The notes below the pieces were generated by a model. That model was not told where the DNA came from, did not search any database, and was given only the letters and a program-made list of their open reading frames with translations. Below, in pieces: positions 1 through 9,084 of a stretch of 24,000 nucleotides of DNA. Position 1 is the first letter of the stretch, and every line of letters begins with the position of its first letter. Origin of the DNA: Balneola sp. (GTDB lineage Bacteria; Bacteroidota; Rhodothermia; Balneolales; Balneolaceae); assembly GCA_039962805.1 (NCBI GenBank), contig JBDVIC010000002.1:132263-156262 (forward strand), read 5' to 3'. The position numbers and the translations under genes were made by a program.

Positions 1-257
1 GAAGCTGCTGATTTTGCTCATAAAAAGAATTAGAGGTTTGAAAATCTTGGTGTGATTATAGCCTGATGTATATAAGAAACTTTTTGCAGATGAGAAATGA
101 ATATTTGTTTCCGGAGTTCTCGATTAGATCTGTCTAATACCCTTATCATTTAAAAATCTATTGGAGATTTCTACAAGAATTAAGCAGATATATTAATATC
201 TTTAGGGTCTGAAAAAAATCTACCAAAAGTAAAAAAGCAGGTTGATAGAAAGTTATA

Positions 258-650
258 ATGGAAGAGTTAAAAACAACGAAACCTGGATTTTGGGATAGAG
301 TAGGGATTGGGCTTTCAGGTATTTGTGCTATTCACTGTTTATTAGTACCTGTTGCTGTAGCTTTAATTCCATTATGGCCTGCTTTCGAAGAATTTCATGA
401 GTACACACATTTGATCTTCTTTATTGCTATTGCTCCTGCTGTTTATCTTTCTCTAAGAGGGAGGAATAAATCTCTAAAAATAACGGTGCTTTTAGCTTTA
501 GGAGTTTTTGTGATCTTTGTAGCATGGTTCTTTAATGAATCACTTGGTGAATATGGAGAAGCTGCTATTACGCTAATAGGAAGTATACTTCTTATCACAG
601 GACACTGGCTCAACTATAAATCAAAGTTTAAGCGAAGTACTACAGAATAG
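258..650 (+). CDS. small polytopic membrane protein, MerC-like (putative metal-ion transport)
   Basis: 130-aa ORF, almost entirely hydrophobic helices. The first helix carries GICAIHCLLVPV (Cys-x3-Cys followed by Pro), as I recall for MerC-domain proteins. Family assignment is by eye only. Confidence 0.45.
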   Translation: MEELKTTKPGFWDRVGIGLSGICAIHCLLVPVAVALIPLWPAFEEFHEYTHLIFFIAIAPAVYLSLRGRNKSLKITVLLALGVFVIFVAWFFNESLGEYGEAAITLIGSILLITGHWLNYKSKFKRSTTE

Positions 651-1770
651 TCAGTAACTCTGAAATCTCATCCAAATTTTTTCTAGTTGATTGGGTTCTT
701 GCAGAAATTAATTCGCTTACTTTGAAAGCTGTTCCCCAGCTCAATGTAACGCCGGCACCTCCATGACCATAATTATGGATGACTAGCTTATTTGAGTTTT
801 CTTCTGCTTCTAATCGTAGTCCGTTCTCAGTATCTCTTACATAGCGATAAGCTTGCTGAAATTCTCTATTCGTGTAAAGCTTTAAGTCTATACCGAAAGA
901 ATGATTTATAATATCAGCATTTAATGAAATAATTTGATCAGGAAATATGGTTGAAAGAGCATCATGTGAAACCCACTTTCCTTCATTATCTAGCGTACCT
1001 TTAAACCTGCTTCCGCCAAGAATCCAATCTTTTCCGCGAGGATAAGTATAGACATCAAATGGTGTTTTAAATGAATCTGAATAGGTATCAATGCCGGGAG
1101 TGAAATTAAAAGAAACTGTATTTTTATTTGGAGATAATAACTCTGGGGTTTCTTTTACTTTTAGTAAATGACCAAGTAGAATTAATGGGTTCTTAATCTC
1201 GCTTTCTAGTTGATGAGATCCAGTTCCAGAACAATTAATAACAATATCTTCAGAGATACCTTCATAAGAGTTTAGATCAACTTTTTGTTGGATGAATTGA
1301 CCATTATTTCCATTGAATATTTTTATCAGTTGAGGTAAATAAGAATTCCAATCAGCAAAATAGCTATTGAATTTCCATCCAGACTTTATTTCAATATCAG
1401 GATGTTGTGGACTCCAATCTAGTTCTTCGATCTTACTAAATCCTTCAATATAACGAGTATAAGTAACGTCAGGAGTGTCATATCCAAATAACTCGTAATG
1501 CTCATGGATTCTAAGCCCTGAAAAATTAGAATTATGTAGAGAAGAAAAAAGGAATTGACTAGAGTTAAAGAGCGTATCAATTTCTGAATGAAATACCGAA
1601 TGAGGAATAATAGATGCCGAAGGAAACTGACTTGGAAAAGCAGGATTCTGTTTTGAAGTCAACGGTAGCTCGTTGGAATAAATAGTAACCTTGTACCCTA
1701 ATTGTTGGAGTAAAACCCCTGTTGTTATACCAGAAACACCGGCTCCAATTACTGCTATTTTCGTATTCAT
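640..1770 (-). CDS. FAD-dependent oxidoreductase, D-amino-acid oxidase family
   Basis: N-terminal Rossmann motif KIAVIGAGVSGITTG. C-terminal HNYGHGGAGVTLSWGTA matches the DAAO-family signature (HNYGHGG-G---S-G). 376 aa is the typical length. Confidence 0.8.
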   Translation of the reverse strand: MNTKIAVIGAGVSGITTGVLLQQLGYKVTIYSNELPLTSKQNPAFPSQFPSASIIPHSVFHSEIDTLFNSSQFLFSSLHNSNFSGLRIHEHYELFGYDTPDVTYTRYIEGFSKIEELDWSPQHPDIEIKSGWKFNSYFADWNSYLPQLIKIFNGNNGQFIQQKVDLNSYEGISEDIVINCSGTGSHQLESEIKNPLILLGHLLKVKETPELLSPNKNTVSFNFTPGIDTYSDSFKTPFDVYTYPRGKDWILGGSRFKGTLDNEGKWVSHDALSTIFPDQIISLNADIINHSFGIDLKLYTNREFQQAYRYVRDTENGLRLEAEENSNKLVIHNYGHGGAGVTLSWGTAFKVSELISARTQSTRKNLDEISELLTIL

Positions 1771-1839
1771 GAAAGAGATTAATCAACGCTAATTATGTAT
1801 AGAAAATACTAATATTTAGTAAGAGTATTGTAGTAAGTA

Positions 1840-2721
1840 ATGCCATTTCCTAAATTTGGACGAGGACAATATACTGTGATTATAAAAAAATACGCTTATC
1901 TAGTTTTAGTTATATGCGCCATTTTTTTGGGCTGTGATTCATTATCTCAAAAAGATGAAAATGTAGGCTATCCTGTTTTTATAAAACAAATAGATACATC
2001 GGATCTTATTCTTTTGAACGAACGATATCATCAAAAGAATAATGGATCGTTATGTTCAACACTCAATGAATATGGCTTCACCGGCTTTAGTCGAGTACTT
2101 TTCCCAAACAACTCAAATCCGTGTCTAGGTCAAACAGTAGTAAAAGAAGAGCTGCTATATACATTCGATTTGCTTGAACAAGCTAAGCAAGTTCTTATAG
2201 AAAATTCGGAATTCACAGGAGTTAAAAATGCTTCTGACTTAATAACTAAAGAAATTATTTCACTAGATGGTTGTACAGTCTGTGAAGGAAAAGACATAAA
2301 TAATGTTCCTTTACAATGGAAGTTTACATTTCGACCTCAGTATTATAATAAAGTTGAAGTTTCAGAGTCGGAGATCGTCGTATATATAGATGCTGAAGGA
2401 GTAAATAGAATTTGGGGGAATTGGTACCCGGTTATTGATCCGGGATTCATTGATTTTGGCTATAATAAAGCTATCGAGAAAATTGTTGGAGAGAGACTAA
2501 GATATGCTAATGAAGAAAATCAGATCTTTGAACAAGAAATACTTTACGATCACATCTCTGGAGAACCTGGTTTGAGGTTTGCTCCTATAAAAGTAGATGA
2601 AGGTATTGAAATACATAAAGTTTGGTCGATAAGTATCTTAAAAGAAGATAAAAGTGAAACTAGATGGAGAGTTTATATAAGTACTGTAACCGGAGAAATA
2701 TTAGAAGTTATATTACTTTAA
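1840..2721 (+). CDS. hypothetical lipoprotein
   Basis: 293-aa ORF with an N-terminal hydrophobic segment ending in a lipobox-like IFLGC|DS. I recognise no family motif. Confidence 0.5.
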   Translation: MPFPKFGRGQYTVIIKKYAYLVLVICAIFLGCDSLSQKDENVGYPVFIKQIDTSDLILLNERYHQKNNGSLCSTLNEYGFTGFSRVLFPNNSNPCLGQTVVKEELLYTFDLLEQAKQVLIENSEFTGVKNASDLITKEIISLDGCTVCEGKDINNVPLQWKFTFRPQYYNKVEVSESEIVVYIDAEGVNRIWGNWYPVIDPGFIDFGYNKAIEKIVGERLRYANEENQIFEQEILYDHISGEPGLRFAPIKVDEGIEIHKVWSISILKEDKSETRWRVYISTVTGEILEVILL

Positions 2722-2802
2722 AAAAACAAATCAAAAGTTTGTACCTTATCTCGGTTTCAATAATGTTTTAAGCCTTGAAAAGAAGGTACGGTAAGAGATA
2801 AA

Positions 2803-3183
2803 ATGACTCAAAGCATGAATAGTAATAAGAAAATACTGATCGTAGAAGATGATATGATCATCTCTTTAGTTGTGGAGAATATGGTTAAGGAGTTAGGCTA
2901 TTCAGTAGTAGGGAAAGCTGTTTCAGGGGAAGAAGCGATAAAAATCGCTCAGGAAGAACAGCCGGATATTTTACTAATGGATATCCGTTTGAAAGGAGAC
3001 ATGGATGGAATAGATACGGTTGCTAAGATCAAAGAGAGTATTGATCCTAAGGTAATTTATCTAACAGGCAACTCAGATCGCTTAAACTTTGAACGTGCCA
3101 AGGACACTGACTTTGCTGATTTGATAGTTAAACCATTTACAATTGGAGATCTTGATAAATCATTGAAGTTACTGGTTGATTAA
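2803..3183 (+). CDS. stand-alone response regulator receiver domain (CheY-like)
   Basis: 126 aa. Acidic pocket ILIVEDD, phospho-acceptor context DILLMDIRL, conserved LTG and KPF positions. No output domain and no adjacent histidine kinase. Confidence 0.85.
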   Translation: MTQSMNSNKKILIVEDDMIISLVVENMVKELGYSVVGKAVSGEEAIKIAQEEQPDILLMDIRLKGDMDGIDTVAKIKESIDPKVIYLTGNSDRLNFERAKDTDFADLIVKPFTIGDLDKSLKLLVD

Positions 3184-3244
3184 CAAATATCGCATCTTTT
3201 TTCTGAGATCATCGTACATCAGGTTGAACTAAAAAAGAACTACA

Positions 3245-3928
3245 ATGAGCACTAAATTCAGGAATTTAAAAAACGACCTTAAAGATCTTGAAGATGATAC
3301 TGTTTCACAGTTAAATCAAAGTTCTTTAGATAAAAGCTCCAACTCAGGGAAGCTTTCAAATTATATTTTATTATTCGCATTTATTGCCACACTTACGTTT
3401 TATGTAGGTTCAAGATTTGATTTCTCAGGAATTGATAACCCACTAGATAGAATTGAACAAGCTATTAATGAACCGGATGCAGAGCTACTTGCAGGTATGG
3501 GGACGTGGATGACAGAAATGGGTTATGGTGAGTTAACAGATGAGGAGCTCATTGATCTAAGGGAAGAAGGAGTAACGGCGACATATACGTCAAGTATAAG
3601 AGATTTAGGCTATACAGAGGTTACATTAGATCAATTGGTTGAATTACAAAGAGCAGATGTAAGTTCAACCTATGCCCGCATGATGCAAGAACTTGGGTAC
3701 CAATTTACAGTTGAGGAATTGGCTGAAACAAGGAGAGCAGGGGTCACTGCTAATTTCACAAGTCGCATGATGGACTTAGGTTACACCAGAGAGGAACTAA
3801 CTAAGGAAAATCTAATGCGAATGCGGGGAGTTGAAGTAACTGACCGAACAGCATCTAGCCTAATTGAACAGAGAGGGGAAAGACCGACCGTGGATGAATT
3901 AGTTCGGTATAAAATTAGTAATCAATAA
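3245..3928 (+). CDS. membrane-anchored protein with tandem ~29-aa repeats, function unknown
   Basis: 227-aa ORF with a single TM (YILLFAFIATLTFYVG), followed by four or more repeats of the pattern LGY-x4-T-x2-EL-x3-R-x2-GVT-x2-[FY]T. Confidence 0.55.
   Translation: MSTKFRNLKNDLKDLEDDTVSQLNQSSLDKSSNSGKLSNYILLFAFIATLTFYVGSRFDFSGIDNPLDRIEQAINEPDAELLAGMGTWMTEMGYGELTDEELIDLREEGVTATYTSSIRDLGYTEVTLDQLVELQRADVSSTYARMMQELGYQFTVEELAETRRAGVTANFTSRMMDLGYTREELTKENLMRMRGVEVTDRTASSLIEQRGERPTVDELVRYKISNQ
3497..3919 (+). repeat. in-frame tandem protein repeat, period ~28-29 aa (~85 nt), 4-5 divergent copies
   Basis: Units: MGYGELTDEELIDLREEGVTATYTSSIRD / LGYTEVTLDQLVELQRADVSSTYARMMQE / LGYQFTVEELAETRRAGVTANFTSRMMD / LGYTREELTKENLMRMRGVEVTDRTASSLIE. 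GY-to-GY spacing is 29, 29 and 28 residues by hand count. Confidence 0.6.
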
Positions 3929-4013
3929 GTAGCTACTAGTACAATTGTTATTTGTTGGAACTTAGAGCATGTAGTTTTGTTAAAGTATTATCTAACAACA
4001 ACTAATACTTATT

Positions 4014-4583
4014 ATGAAACTATTTATTTCTACGCTAACATTAGCAATTTTGTTAACGTTTTCGACACACACAAAAGCACAAACTGCCCCCACTAAAGAC
4101 AGGTCTGGAATAGGACCAAAAGTAGGTTATTACAAAGCTCCTGATGCTGAAGACGGCGCTATGTTCATTGGAGTACAAACAAGAACAAGAGGAGAAGTTT
4201 TTGGATTTGAACTTGCTGCTGAATATAGAGGAGAGCAAAGTTATTCTACAACCAATGGTGACCTAACCATCAAGCAAATTCCAGTTACTGCAACTTTATT
4301 GATGCATGTACCTTTAGCGTCTAATTTCCAACCATACGGTTTAGCCGGTCTTGGAGCTTATTATACTTTTTATGATTATGATGGTGGCTTCGTAAACCCA
4401 GGTGATGATGCAGAATTTAATCTAGGTTATCATTTAGGCTTTGGTCTCGATCTACCTCTTAATGAAAGTGCAGGACTAAATGTTGATTACCGATATTTAT
4501 TTCTGGATGACAAAGGTGATGACTTAGCAGATACAGAGTTTAGTGGAAATGTGATATCAGCAGGATTAACATTTTATTTCTAA
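4014..4583 (+). CDS. small outer-membrane beta-barrel protein (OmpW/OmpA-beta-barrel-like)
   Basis: Signal peptide ending HTKA|Q. Alternating hydrophobic beta-strand patterns with Gly/aromatic girdles. C-terminus ...SAGLTFYF ends in Phe, the typical OMP beta-signal. Confidence 0.7.
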   Translation: MKLFISTLTLAILLTFSTHTKAQTAPTKDRSGIGPKVGYYKAPDAEDGAMFIGVQTRTRGEVFGFELAAEYRGEQSYSTTNGDLTIKQIPVTATLLMHVPLASNFQPYGLAGLGAYYTFYDYDGGFVNPGDDAEFNLGYHLGFGLDLPLNESAGLNVDYRYLFLDDKGDDLADTEFSGNVISAGLTFYF

Positions 4584-4606
4584 ACTAGAAAAACCGTACT
4601 TTACAG

Positions 4607-4638
4607 ATCCGATATTCAAACGAATATCGGATTTTTTT
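4607..4638 (+). terminator. rho-independent terminator after the OMP gene
   Basis: 11-bp perfect stem atccgatattc / gaatatcggat (4607-4617 and 4622-4632), loop aaac, followed by a run of 6 T. Confidence 0.65.
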
Positions 4639-4662
4639 ATGCACATAATATAAATAATTAGA

Positions 4663-5586
4663 ATGGCTGAAATCATACTTCCCGAAGTTGAACTCAATAT
4701 TTATTCACCAAAAGATCCAACAGAAGCTACCATTGTCGAAAATTATACATGTACTGCTGAAAGTAGTCCTAATGTTGTTCGTCATATTACTTTTGATATC
4801 TCAGGAACAGATCTTGTAGATAGAATTCGAGTTGGTCAATCAATAGGTGTATTACCTCCGGGAGAGAATGAAAAAGGCCGTCCTCATAAATTGCGTTTAT
4901 ATTCTGTTTCTTCACCAACAAAAGGTGAAAACGGTAAATCACATTTAATATCTACAACAGTAAAAAGATCTATAGATGAGATAGACGGTAAGCTATATTT
5001 AGGTGTGGCTTCGAATTACCTTGCAGATCTAAAACCCGGCGATAAAGTCAAATTAACAGGGCCTAGCGGTAAAAGATATTTGTTACCGGAAAATGCAAAA
5101 GATTTTAATTATGTATTTTTTGCTACGGGTACAGGTATCGCACCATTTCGTGGTATGATCATGGAATTATTTGAATCTGGTTATAAGGGAGAAATTGCAT
5201 TGGTTTTTGGATGCGCTTATCGAACAGATTTATTGTATCCGGACTTTATAAAAGAGATGTCGGAAAAGCATTCAAACTTTCATTATCTGAGTTGTGTATC
5301 AAGGGAAGCCAGAAGATCAGATGGAAGTAAATACTATGTACAAAGTGTGATCAATGACCATGCAGACACTTTGAATCCTATTTTTGAAAAAGAGAATACT
5401 CTTATCTATATCTGTGGAATGAAAGGGATGGAGACAGGCATCTACCAAAACCTAGCTCTTCAAGGTCATACAGAGTATCTACAAGTTCGTGGAGATCTTG
5501 CTGAAGTAGACCCTAAAGATTGGGAATGGGAAGATCTTAAAAAGAATATCAAGCCATCAGCAAGAACCTTTGAAGAAGTATATTAA
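4663..5586 (+). CDS. ferredoxin-NADP(+) reductase, plant-type
   Basis: FAD-binding RLYSVSS motif, NADP-binding GTGIAPFRG motif, CGMKGM motif, and a C-terminal ...FEEVY ending in the terminal aromatic Tyr typical of plant-type FNR. Confidence 0.85.
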   Translation: MAEIILPEVELNIYSPKDPTEATIVENYTCTAESSPNVVRHITFDISGTDLVDRIRVGQSIGVLPPGENEKGRPHKLRLYSVSSPTKGENGKSHLISTTVKRSIDEIDGKLYLGVASNYLADLKPGDKVKLTGPSGKRYLLPENAKDFNYVFFATGTGIAPFRGMIMELFESGYKGEIALVFGCAYRTDLLYPDFIKEMSEKHSNFHYLSCVSREARRSDGSKYYVQSVINDHADTLNPIFEKENTLIYICGMKGMETGIYQNLALQGHTEYLQVRGDLAEVDPKDWEWEDLKKNIKPSARTFEEVY

Positions 5587-6158
5587 GGAAACTTACTGAG
5601 GTCAGATACTCCTCCGGATACTACAAATTTCATAAAATCTGCAGGATCTTTTTTAACGAGCTTAACGTGTGCTTTGTCTACGATGTATAAATTCCCGGAA
5701 AAGTTATAAGAGTGGGGACAATACACAGCGACTTCATCTTCTAGACCGAGATCAATAAGTGAATTTTGGGTTATAAAGCCAAGTCGTTTTACACCAGGTA
5801 CTCCAAAATCAATGACTACAGGAACGGTAAATTTCTTTTTGTCTCCAACAAAAGCTTCGGTTAAGTCTCGCAACGAACTATAAATAATGCTTACTATCGG
5901 AGTTCTTGTGAGTAATTTTTCAAATATGTGAACAATGGGTTTAGTGAAGGCTCTGGTAAATATAAACCCAATCAACGTAATGGCTATAAAACCGGTGATG
6001 ATCCCTAAACCCGGAATATCGTATTCAAACCATCTGAAGAAGAGATAATTTAGTGTTTCATTTGCCCATCCTATGGCAATAGATACTAAATAAATGGTAG
6101 CTCCGACTGGAAATACAATTAACATCCCTCTGAAAAAGAAATTTAGAATGGTTTTCAT
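5583..6158 (-). CDS. DUF502-like membrane protein
   Basis: 191 aa. N-terminal FFFRGMLIVFPVGATIYLV and a second TM, then a soluble C-terminal domain. The architecture resembles the DUF502 family; assigned by eye. Confidence 0.55.
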   Translation of the reverse strand: MKTILNFFFRGMLIVFPVGATIYLVSIAIGWANETLNYLFFRWFEYDIPGLGIITGFIAITLIGFIFTRAFTKPIVHIFEKLLTRTPIVSIIYSSLRDLTEAFVGDKKKFTVPVVIDFGVPGVKRLGFITQNSLIDLGLEDEVAVYCPHSYNFSGNLYIVDKAHVKLVKKDPADFMKFVVSGGVSDLSKFP

Positions 6159-6276
6159 AGCTAGAATATTTTGGTGTTTATTTTATAGTACAAAACTAAT
6201 CAATTGCTAGCATGAGTGTGAGGTAGATTTTTTTTATCTTCACCAACTTAATTTTCAATCGCTTTAATTTTGCTTG

Positions 6277-8994
6277 ATGTCCACTAAGACTTCATCTCAG
6301 ATACGACAAGAATTCCTCAATTTTTTTAAAGAGAAAAACCACGCCATTGTGGATAGTGCTCCTGTAGCTCCAAAGGATGATCCTACTCTGTTATTTACGA
6401 ATGCAGGGATGAATCAGTTCAAATCCATTTTTCTAGGAGAAGAGAAAACACTTTCTCATCAAGGGAAAGAATGGACACGAGCAACTGACACTCAAAAGTG
6501 TATCCGAGTAAGTGGTAAACACAATGATCTGGAAGAAGTAGGGTATGATACCTACCACCATACCTTATTTGAAATGTTAGGGAATTGGTCATTTGGTGAT
6601 TATTTCAAAAAAGAAGCGATAAACTGGGCGTGGGAGCTTTTAGTTGATAAATGGGGACTAAATCCGGATCAACTATACGCTACTGTATTTGGTGGTGATG
6701 AAGGAGATGGATTACCTGTTGATGAAGAAGCTATAGAACTTTGGAAGAGTGAGACCAGCATCGATCATTCGCACATACTTAAATGTGGTAAAAAAGATAA
6801 TTTTTGGGAAATGGGGGAGACTGGTCCATGTGGTCCATGTTCTGAAGTCCATATTGATCTTAGATCAGAAGAAGAGCGTAAAAAGGTAGATGGTGCCACT
6901 TTGGTTAATGCAGACGATCCTAGAGTAATGGAAATCTGGAATTTGGTATTTATTCAATTCAACCGTCAAAAAGATGGATCTTTAAAAACATTACCGGATC
7001 AGCATGTTGATACGGGAATGGGTTTTGAGCGTGTTTGTGCAGTTCTTCAAGGCAAAAATTCCAATTACGATACGGATGTATTTACACCTTTACTGAATGA
7101 GATCGCTTCAATGGCAGGCATCAGCTATGGAAAGGACGAGACTAAAGATATTGCAATACGAGTGATTGCTGATCATATTCGAGCAGTTGCTTTTTCTATT
7201 GCTGACGGAGCTTCTCCCGGAAATGATGGTAGAGGATATGTAATTCGTAGAATCCTTAGAAGAGCAATTAGATATGGTTGGGATAAGCTAGGATTCAAAG
7301 AGCCATTTTTCTATAAATTAGTAAATGTTCTTGCCGATCAATTCAAAGATGTATTCCCTGAAATGGAAGCTCAGAAAGAGTATATAATCAATGTGATTAA
7401 ATCGGAAGAAAAGAGTTTCCTCAAAACCTTAGGTCAAGGTATAGCACTATTTAAGGAAGTATCAAAAGGGAAGAAAGTAGTTTCAGGAGATGATGCATTC
7501 AAACTTCATGATACGTATGGTTTTCCAATAGATCTTACCCAGTTAATGGCTAGAGAAGAAGAAATCGAAGTTGATGTAGATCGATTTGATGAGTTGATGA
7601 AAGAACAGAAAGACCGTGCCAGAGCAGCCGGTAAGTTTTCTGTTGATCAGAGTGGTTCATATGTTTGGAATCAAGTCGTAGATGAGGGAGAAAAATTAGC
7701 GGACCCAAAATTTGTAGGTTATGATGAGTTTTCAATAGAAACGAAAATCTTAAGATATAGACAAGAAGGTGACAAGTTTTCTCTTCATTTAGCACAGACA
7801 CCATTTTATGCAGAAAGTGGTGGGCAGGTAGCTGATACCGGTATTATATCAAAAGGGGATGAAATTTTGAATGTCTTAGACGTTCAAAAAGGTATCGATA
7901 ACTTTCATGTGCACTACGTAGATAAACTTCCGGAGGATTTATCAGGTAATTGGATTGCTCAAGTTGATACTTCCCGAAGAAAAGAAATTCAGAAGCATCA
8001 CTCCGCAACTCATTTAGTTCATGAAATACTTCGTCAAGAATTAGGTGATCATGTTGTGCAAAAAGGATCATTAGTTGATGAAAGTCATTTACGATTTGAT
8101 TTTGCACATTTTGAAGCAGTTACTGAAGACGAACTAAAAGTGATTGAACGAAGAGTGAATGAGAAGATCCAGGAGAATCTGGATGTCAGAGATGTTGAAA
8201 TTGATATTGAAAAAGCAAGAGACTCTGGAGCTATGATGCTCTTTGGAGAAAAATATGGAGATTTAGTTAGAGTAGTTTCAATAGGAAAAAGGAAACATTC
8301 TAGTGATGGTAATTTTCCTCAAATTAATGATTTCTCTAAAGAACTTTGTGGTGGAACTCATGTGAAAGCTACCGGAGAAATTGGCTATTTCAGATTTACT
8401 CAGGAAACATCAGTTGCAGCGGGTGTTCGAAGAATTGAAGCTGTTTGTGGTAAAGCAGCTGATGAACTTCTAAGAAATGAAAACGAACTTCTTAAAGAGA
8501 TCAAAGCGGTAATAGGTCAATCAACGGATTTGGTAGGAGATATCAAGAAACTTCAGGAAGAAAAGAAGTCTCTCGAAAAAGAATTATCTGCTCAAAATCT
8601 TCAGAATACCGGTGCGAAATTAGCAGAACTTCTTTCAAATCCTGAAAAGATTGAAGGAGATATCAAATTAGTTAAGGGTGAAATTCCAGGTGCAGATATG
8701 GATATGCTCAAGCAATTGGGTTATGACAGCTTGGAAAAATCCTCCACAGAAACAGTTACCGTTCTTGCTTCTAAAGATGAAGAAGAGGGTAAAGTTTATT
8801 TGATGGTAGCTGTTACTCAAGATCTAATTTCGAATAAAGGATTGAAAGCAGGAGCTTTAGTTGGTCAACTTGGGCGACTAGTTGGTGGTGGTGGTGGCGG
8901 TCAGCCGAACTTGGCAACAGCTGGAGGTCGTAATCCAGAGAAGCTGGAAGAAGCACTTTTAAAAGTGAATGAAATTATCACAGAATCCATTTAA
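6277..8994 (+). CDS. alaS: alanine--tRNA ligase
   Basis: Class II AlaRS motifs: FTNAGMNQFK, HHTLFEMLGNWSFGDYFK, editing-domain HSATHL and CGGTHV, C-terminal GGGGGGQPNLATAGG (DHHA1-type). The ORF track starts at TTG 6274; the adjacent ATG at 6277 is more likely. Confidence 0.97.
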   Translation: MSTKTSSQIRQEFLNFFKEKNHAIVDSAPVAPKDDPTLLFTNAGMNQFKSIFLGEEKTLSHQGKEWTRATDTQKCIRVSGKHNDLEEVGYDTYHHTLFEMLGNWSFGDYFKKEAINWAWELLVDKWGLNPDQLYATVFGGDEGDGLPVDEEAIELWKSETSIDHSHILKCGKKDNFWEMGETGPCGPCSEVHIDLRSEEERKKVDGATLVNADDPRVMEIWNLVFIQFNRQKDGSLKTLPDQHVDTGMGFERVCAVLQGKNSNYDTDVFTPLLNEIASMAGISYGKDETKDIAIRVIADHIRAVAFSIADGASPGNDGRGYVIRRILRRAIRYGWDKLGFKEPFFYKLVNVLADQFKDVFPEMEAQKEYIINVIKSEEKSFLKTLGQGIALFKEVSKGKKVVSGDDAFKLHDTYGFPIDLTQLMAREEEIEVDVDRFDELMKEQKDRARAAGKFSVDQSGSYVWNQVVDEGEKLADPKFVGYDEFSIETKILRYRQEGDKFSLHLAQTPFYAESGGQVADTGIISKGDEILNVLDVQKGIDNFHVHYVDKLPEDLSGNWIAQVDTSRRKEIQKHHSATHLVHEILRQELGDHVVQKGSLVDESHLRFDFAHFEAVTEDELKVIERRVNEKIQENLDVRDVEIDIEKARDSGAMMLFGEKYGDLVRVVSIGKRKHSSDGNFPQINDFSKELCGGTHVKATGEIGYFRFTQETSVAAGVRRIEAVCGKAADELLRNENELLKEIKAVIGQSTDLVGDIKKLQEEKKSLEKELSAQNLQNTGAKLAELLSNPEKIEGDIKLVKGEIPGADMDMLKQLGYDSLEKSSTETVTVLASKDEEEGKVYLMVAVTQDLISNKGLKAGALVGQLGRLVGGGGGGQPNLATAGGRNPEKLEEALLKVNEIITESI

Positions 8995-9084
8995 TAGTTG
9001 AGCTGGATCTGATTACGAAATCTTCCTAAAAATTGAATATATTCAAGACCCTTTTTGAAGGGATAAGGTTATAAAAAAAGAACT

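Noticed and set aside
1-33. Possible 3' end of a plus-strand gene (EAADFAHKKN*)
   Set aside because: Only 10 codons are visible, which is not enough to support a call.
186-201. Inverted repeat AGATAT-ATTA-ATATCT ~60 nt upstream of the MerC-like gene (possible operator)
   Set aside because: The arms are only 6 bp in very AT-rich intergenic DNA, so this is expected by chance. There is no adjacent regulator gene.
640-650. Convergent gene-end overlaps (258-650 vs 640-1770, and also 4663-5586 vs 5583-6158)
   Set aside because: Short 3'-3' overlaps of 4-11 nt are common in compact genomes. No structure or motif suggests regulation.
2803-3183. Linking the orphan CheY-like receiver functionally to the rotor/stator cluster
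   Set aside because: The idea is attractive because CheY-type proteins control flagellar rotors. However, the gene is ~9.4 kb away on the opposite strand, separated by housekeeping operons (alaS, pdh). The sequence gives no evidence of a link.
8881-8900. GGT/GGC trinucleotide run (ggtggtggtggtggcggt)
   Set aside because: It encodes the conserved GGGGGG motif of the AlaRS C-terminal domain. It is not an independent repeat element.
9040-9053. Small hairpin ccctt-tttg-aaggg after alaS as a terminator
   Set aside because: The stem is only 5 bp and no following T-tract is present, so support is too weak.
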